A stretch of DNA of 63,195 nucleotides, filler included. It is 4 parts of 4 records of this genome, joined end to end, with 100 filler letters (N's around TTAATTAATTAA, not from the genome) between each part and the next. Parts side by side here need not be neighbours in the genome. Positions count along the whole stretch, not along the records: positions 57,978 to 63,195 come from SRR20825006_1259; 3 more parts are not named here. One strand, written 5' to 3'. The notes beneath the pieces were generated by a model, which ran no database searches, had not been told where the DNA came from, and saw only the letters and a list, made by a program, of their open reading frames with translations. How positions within the stretch are numbered: the first letter of the stretch is position 1; every line of letters starts with the position of its first letter. Of the stretch, positions 59,042-63,195 are shown in pieces. Position numbers and translations under genes: made by a program.

Positions 59042-59980
59042 ATGTTGCTGCTGCACCTTTCCGATGTTGATGAAGCGAGTTGGGCCCGGGCTTTTGCTGA
59101 GGCGCTGGCCCCCTACCCCGTGGTGCGACGTGGCGACAATTTCGATCCGGCGGACATTCGCTACATCTTTGTCTGGAAGCCTCAGGCCAATGCCTTTGAC
59201 GGGCTGAACAACCTCAAGGCCGTGCTGTCGCTCGGCGCTGGCGTGGATGCCTTGCTCAAACATCCCAATCTGCCCGATGCGCCGATCGTAAGGTTCGTGG
59301 ATGAAGATCTGAGCCAGCGCATGAGCGACTATGTGGTGGCCCATGTCACCATGCATCATCGCCAGTTCACGCGTTTCATGGCTGACCAGAAGGCGCGCCG
59401 CTGGAACCAGTATTATCCCCCCGCCGCGGGCGAAACCACGGTGGGCATTATGGGCATGGGGGTGTTGGGTCAGGATGCGGCGAAGCGCCTGAAACCGCTC
59501 GGATTTAACCTCAGAAGCTGGAGCCGTACGCCCAAGGCCATGGCGGGCGTGGAGGGATTTGCGGGTGACGCCGAGTTCGATCGTTTCCTTGCCAGCACCG
59601 ATATTCTGGTCAATCTGCTGCCGCTGACGCCGGAAACCACGGGCATTCTCAATCGCGGCACCTTTGCCAAATTGCGGCGCGACCGGCTGGCCGGCGGCCC
59701 GGTGATCATCAATGCGGCGCGGGGCGGGCACCAGAAGGAAGCCGACATTGCCGCCGCGCTTCAGGACGGAACGCTGGGGGCGGCGAGCCTGGATGTGTTC
59801 GAGACCGAGCCCCTGCCGCAGGACAGCCCGCTCTGGGCCATTGAGAACTGCTACATCACCCCGCATATCGCCGCCATTTCCAGCGAGCAGAGCGGCGTGC
59901 GCTATTTCACGCGGGTGCTCACCGGGCACGAAGCGGGCAAGGCGCTGCCAAATGTGGTGGACCGCGCGCGGGGATATTAG
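59042..59980 (+). CDS. ghrA: Glyoxylate/hydroxypyruvate reductase A (D-2-hydroxyacid dehydrogenase)
   Basis: LGAGVD, GMGVLG, LPLTPET, INAARG, LDVFETEPLP and ITPHIAA. Confidence 0.88.
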   Translation: MLLLHLSDVDEASWARAFAEALAPYPVVRRGDNFDPADIRYIFVWKPQANAFDGLNNLKAVLSLGAGVDALLKHPNLPDAPIVRFVDEDLSQRMSDYVVAHVTMHHRQFTRFMADQKARRWNQYYPPAAGETTVGIMGMGVLGQDAAKRLKPLGFNLRSWSRTPKAMAGVEGFAGDAEFDRFLASTDILVNLLPLTPETTGILNRGTFAKLRRDRLAGGPVIINAARGGHQKEADIAAALQDGTLGAASLDVFETEPLPQDSPLWAIENCYITPHIAAISSEQSGVRYFTRVLTGHEAGKALPNVVDRARGY

Positions 59981-60063
59981 ATCGACACATAAAATTCACT
60001 GGTCAGGGGCCAGTGTGTCGTTCAAGCAGGCTGGACAGAAGCAAAGGGAGCCGGTCGAGGGGC

Positions 60064-60759
60064 ATGACCGATACAGCGCAGCAGGAAAAACCGGGGCTCT
60101 ATGAACGGCTCAAGGCCGCCACGGGGCATCCAATGGCCGAGCCGATCCTGGCGCTGATCTGCTTTCTCGAGGCGATGATCGTTCCGGTCTTTCCCGAGGT
60201 GATGCTGGCCCCGATGATCCTGGCCGACCGGCGGCGCGCCTGGCGGCTGGCCGCCATCTGCACCGTCTCTTCGGTGGTGGGTGGGATTTTTGGCTACGCG
60301 ATCGGCTATTTCCTGTTCGACACCATCGGCAAGGCGATCGTGGAGTTCTACGGCGCCGGCGCAAGTTTCGAGCAATTGCGCGACAGCTTCGTTGCCAATG
60401 GCCCGTTCATGATCATGGTCGGGGCCGTTACGCCCATTCCCTACAAGATCATCACCATCACCAGCGGGGTGGCGGGGATCGATATCTGGACCTTCATTCT
60501 CTACGGGTTTATCGGCCGTGGCCTGCGTTTCTTCGTGCCTTGCGGCCTGTTCTACTTTTTCGGGCCGGTGGCCAGTACCTTTATCGAGAAGCACAAGAAA
60601 TGGGCCGGCTGGGTGATGCTGGCAGCGGTCATCGGCGGGTTTGCCGCCGCGCCGCTGCTGTTTCCCAAGCATGGCACCGAAGTGACCGATCAGGTAATCG
60701 AGCGGACCACCGGCACCGATGTCATTCCCGGTTCGATGGCGCCGGTTCAGGCCGAGTAG
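60064..60759 (+). CDS. YqaA/DedA (SNARE-associated) family membrane protein
   Basis: FLEAMIVPVFPEVML, SVVGGIFGYAIG, TPIPYK and GRGLRFF. Confidence 0.88.
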   Translation: MTDTAQQEKPGLYERLKAATGHPMAEPILALICFLEAMIVPVFPEVMLAPMILADRRRAWRLAAICTVSSVVGGIFGYAIGYFLFDTIGKAIVEFYGAGASFEQLRDSFVANGPFMIMVGAVTPIPYKIITITSGVAGIDIWTFILYGFIGRGLRFFVPCGLFYFFGPVASTFIEKHKKWAGWVMLAAVIGGFAAAPLLFPKHGTEVTDQVIERTTGTDVIPGSMAPVQAE

Positions 60760-62096
60760 CGCTGCCGGAGCAGGCCATAGATCGCGCGGATCGCCTGATC
60801 GGTGCCGCCGGCCGGACGACCGGGGCGTGCGTCGGGGGCCCAGCCGAATATGTCGAGATGCACCCAGGCGCCAGCCTTGCTCACGAAGCGCTTGAGGAAC
60901 AGCGCCGCGGTGACGGACCCGGCATGGCCGCCGCTGGCCGCGTTGTTCAGATCGGCAATGCGGGAGGACAAGAGGCTGGCATAGGGTGACCAGAGCGGCA
61001 TGGGCCAGAGCGGGTCTTCGGCCGCAAGGCCTGCGGCAACCAGGCCAGCCGCCACGCCATCGTCGGTCGAATAGAGCGCGGGCAGTTCGGGGCCCAGTGC
61101 GACGCGGGCGGCGCCGGTGAGGGTGGCCATATCGATCAGCAGATCCGGCGCTTCCTCATCGGCGAGAGCCAGGGCATCGGCCAGGATCAAACGGCCTTCA
61201 GCGTCGGTATTGCCGATTTCCACGCTGATGCCGGCGCGCGAGCGCAAGACGTCTCCGGGGCGAAAGGCATTGCCGGCAATGGCGTTCTCAACGACAGGCA
61301 GCAGCACCCGCAGGCGCAGCGGGAGACCGGCATCCATGATGGCATGGGCGAGCCCGAGCACATTGGCCGCGCCGCCCATATCTTTTTTCATCATCAGCAT
61401 GCCGGCGGCCGACTTGATGTCGAGACCACCGGTATCGAAGGTGACGCCCTTGCCGACCAGGGTCACCTTGGGGTCGGTTTCCTTGCCCCAGCCCAGGTCG
61501 ATGAGGCGCGGTGCCTGGGCGCTGGCGCGGCCCACGGCGTGGATCATGGGGAAGTTCTGCTCGAGCAGATCACCGCCCTGGATGACGGTGACGCTCATGC
61601 CGTGGCGGGTGGCCAGATCGCGCGCACGGGCTTCGAGGGCATCGGGGCCCAGGTCATTGGCGGGGGTGTTGACCAGATCCCGCGTCAGGCTGGCGGCCGC
61701 GACCTGCCGCTCGACTTCGCCGGCATCGGCCGCTTCGGGCAGGACGAGACGCGGGGCCGGCGGGGCGGTGCGATAGGTCTCGAAACGATAGGCGCCGAGG
61801 CGGAACGCGATGGCGGCCAGGGTCGGATCGCCAAAATCGCCCTGCAATTGATAGTCGCCCTCGGGCAGGCCCGCGGCCGCCAGGCCGGCCACGAAGACGG
61901 GACGCCCCTGGGCCGCGCCGGTGCCGAACAACCAGGCCGCAATGGCGCCCTCGGCGTCGGGCATTGCCAATAGACGGCCTTGCTGGCCGGTAAAGCCATT
62001 GGCCTGGGCCCAGGCCCGCTGCCCGTCGTCCAGCGGCCCGGCCTCCACCCCGTTCTCGGGAATGAAAATGAGCGGGATGGCGGCATGGTCGGTCAT
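60747..62096 (-). CDS. Leucyl aminopeptidase family (M17) protein
   Basis: LVGKGVTFDTGG, MKKDMGG, NTDAEGRL and ATLTGA. Confidence 0.94.
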   Translation of the reverse strand: MTDHAAIPLIFIPENGVEAGPLDDGQRAWAQANGFTGQQGRLLAMPDAEGAIAAWLFGTGAAQGRPVFVAGLAAAGLPEGDYQLQGDFGDPTLAAIAFRLGAYRFETYRTAPPAPRLVLPEAADAGEVERQVAAASLTRDLVNTPANDLGPDALEARARDLATRHGMSVTVIQGGDLLEQNFPMIHAVGRASAQAPRLIDLGWGKETDPKVTLVGKGVTFDTGGLDIKSAAGMLMMKKDMGGAANVLGLAHAIMDAGLPLRLRVLLPVVENAIAGNAFRPGDVLRSRAGISVEIGNTDAEGRLILADALALADEEAPDLLIDMATLTGAARVALGPELPALYSTDDGVAAGLVAAGLAAEDPLWPMPLWSPYASLLSSRIADLNNAASGGHAGSVTAALFLKRFVSKAGAWVHLDIFGWAPDARPGRPAGGTDQAIRAIYGLLRQRYSA

Positions 62097-62166
62097 GGCA
62101 GAACTCCGTTGTGTCCCCCCTGTCTAGCCGGGACCACGCGCCCGCACAACGCCGCAAGGTCGCGGT

Positions 62167-62187
62167 TTAACCGGGCGTTAGGGTTAA
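62167..62187. promoter_or_regulatory. CtrA-like box
   Basis: TTAA-CCGGGCG-TTAG followed by GGTTAA, upstream of the TPR gene. Confidence 0.55.
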
Positions 62188-62242
62188 TGATCTATTGCTC
62201 TGGGAAGAGTTCATATGGCCGGTTCGCGGCCCGGAGTGCAAT

Positions 62243-63013
62243 GTGTTCAACCCAAGACGGATCAGCGGATTGTTGCGCCCCCTGCTCCTGGCAGGTGTTG
62301 CAGCCCTTGTGCTTTCGGCCTGCGCATCCAATCGCGGCCAGATGGCCAGCACGGATTATGCCGGCATGAGCGCGGCGCAAAGCCACGCCAATCTGAGCGA
62401 GTTGACCGCGCGCTATCGGGCCAATCCGACGGACCGTGCCACGGTCATCCACTATGCAGCCGCCCTGCGCGCGGCCGGGCAACCGCAACAGGCCGCCGCG
62501 GCGTTGGAGCAGGCCATGCCGCACCATAGCGGCGATGTGGCGATCAGCGTGGCCTATGCCAAGGCGCTGACGGCAGCCGGGCGGTTCGAGCAATCCATCG
62601 AGGTGCTGCGCAATGTGATCCGGCCCGATGCGCCGGACTGGAACGCGCTGCTGGTGCTGGGCGCCACGTTCGACCAGACCGGCCGGCATGAAGACGCACG
62701 GAAAGTCTATGTGCAGGCCGGGGTGATTGCGCCGGGCGAGGCTTCGATCGAGACCAATCTGGGTCTCTCCTATGCCATGACCAATGATCTGGTGGCCGCC
62801 GAACAGCACTTGCGCCGGGCGGTGCAGATGCGCGGCGCCAATACGCAGACGCGGCAGAACCTGGCGCTGGTGGTGGGCCTGCAAGGCCGGTTCGACGAGT
62901 GCCGGGCCCTCTATGCCGCCGAGCTGCCGCCCGACCAGGTCGAGGCCAACATGGCCTATGTCCGGGCGCTGCTTACCCAGCAGAACCGCTGGGACATGAT
63001 CGAGAAGAGCTAA
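62243..63013 (+). CDS. TPR lipoprotein (TadD/CpaO-like)
   Basis: GTG start after GGAG, lipobox LSAC, TPR repeats, NLGLSY and RQNLALVVGLQGRF. Confidence 0.82.
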   Translation: MFNPRRISGLLRPLLLAGVAALVLSACASNRGQMASTDYAGMSAAQSHANLSELTARYRANPTDRATVIHYAAALRAAGQPQQAAAALEQAMPHHSGDVAISVAYAKALTAAGRFEQSIEVLRNVIRPDAPDWNALLVLGATFDQTGRHEDARKVYVQAGVIAPGEASIETNLGLSYAMTNDLVAAEQHLRRAVQMRGANTQTRQNLALVVGLQGRFDECRALYAAELPPDQVEANMAYVRALLTQQNRWDMIEKS

Positions 63014-63195
63014 GGGCGCAACTTGCCGGATGCATCTTCTGCCCGAGGCGCAAAAGTGTCCGGTCCGATGTCAAAGAGCGTTCCGCATGTCACCAGGCAT
63101 GCCGAAGGTCCGCACGGTCCCTCAACCTGCGGTTTTGAATAAAAGAGCGGTGTCCCGAGACGGTCTTCGTCCCTGAAACTAAAAAACTGAGACGA

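Noticed and set aside
63139-63195. GTCCCGAGACGGTCTTCGTCCCTGAAAC as a CRISPR repeat (ends in GAAAC)
   Set aside because: Single copy at the window edge, with no second repeat or cas gene. More likely the 5' UTR of the next gene, and it cannot be resolved here.
1-63195. Defence systems, prophage, integrases, transposases, rRNA
   Set aside because: No ORF shows nuclease, integrase, transposase, reverse transcriptase or phage structural motifs that I can recognise, and no rRNA-like sequence is present.

Overview
The window is not one locus. It is four unrelated contig pieces joined by 100-nt N-linkers with a TTAATTAATTAA core (15048-15147, 46405-46504, 57878-57977). Taxonomic calls are inferred from gene order, protein style and promoter motifs. 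(1) 1-15047 is an AT-rich Flavobacteriaceae-like piece: gyrA 5' end, clpC, a BLUF photoreceptor, nnr, thrABC, a Xaa-Pro aminopeptidase, gcvT and yebC. An unannotated 17-aa Thr-rich leader ORF with no intrinsic terminator precedes thrA. (2) 15148-46404 is a Rhizobiaceae piece (possibly Martelella-like): ccmFH-degP-response regulator/kinase-glnE-pleC-pepN, ETF-QO, amn, two DUF1127 genes, a three-hairpin CCUCCUCCC (cuckoo/alpha-r14) sRNA and a GGDEF-EAL gene. (3) 46505-57877 is another alphaproteobacterium: a partial tRNA-Thr(CGT), several regulator/effector pairs, arfB, hss, trkH, a glycosyltransferase/sulfotransferase pair and suf genes. (4) 57978-63195 is a GC-rich Devosia-like piece: cycM, ghrA, yqaA, an M17 peptidase and a TPR lipoprotein. 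The most striking signal is in piece 2. The syntenic PleC orthologue has Ala at the phosphoacceptor His position and no ATP-binding domain, yet keeps an intact frame and GANTC/CtrA-type promoter motifs. A second PdhS/CbrA-like gene 7 kb away has also lost its H-box and most ATP-binding motifs. Together they suggest a rewired DivK-CtrA cell-cycle pathway. All family assignments come from motif recognition; no database searches were run.
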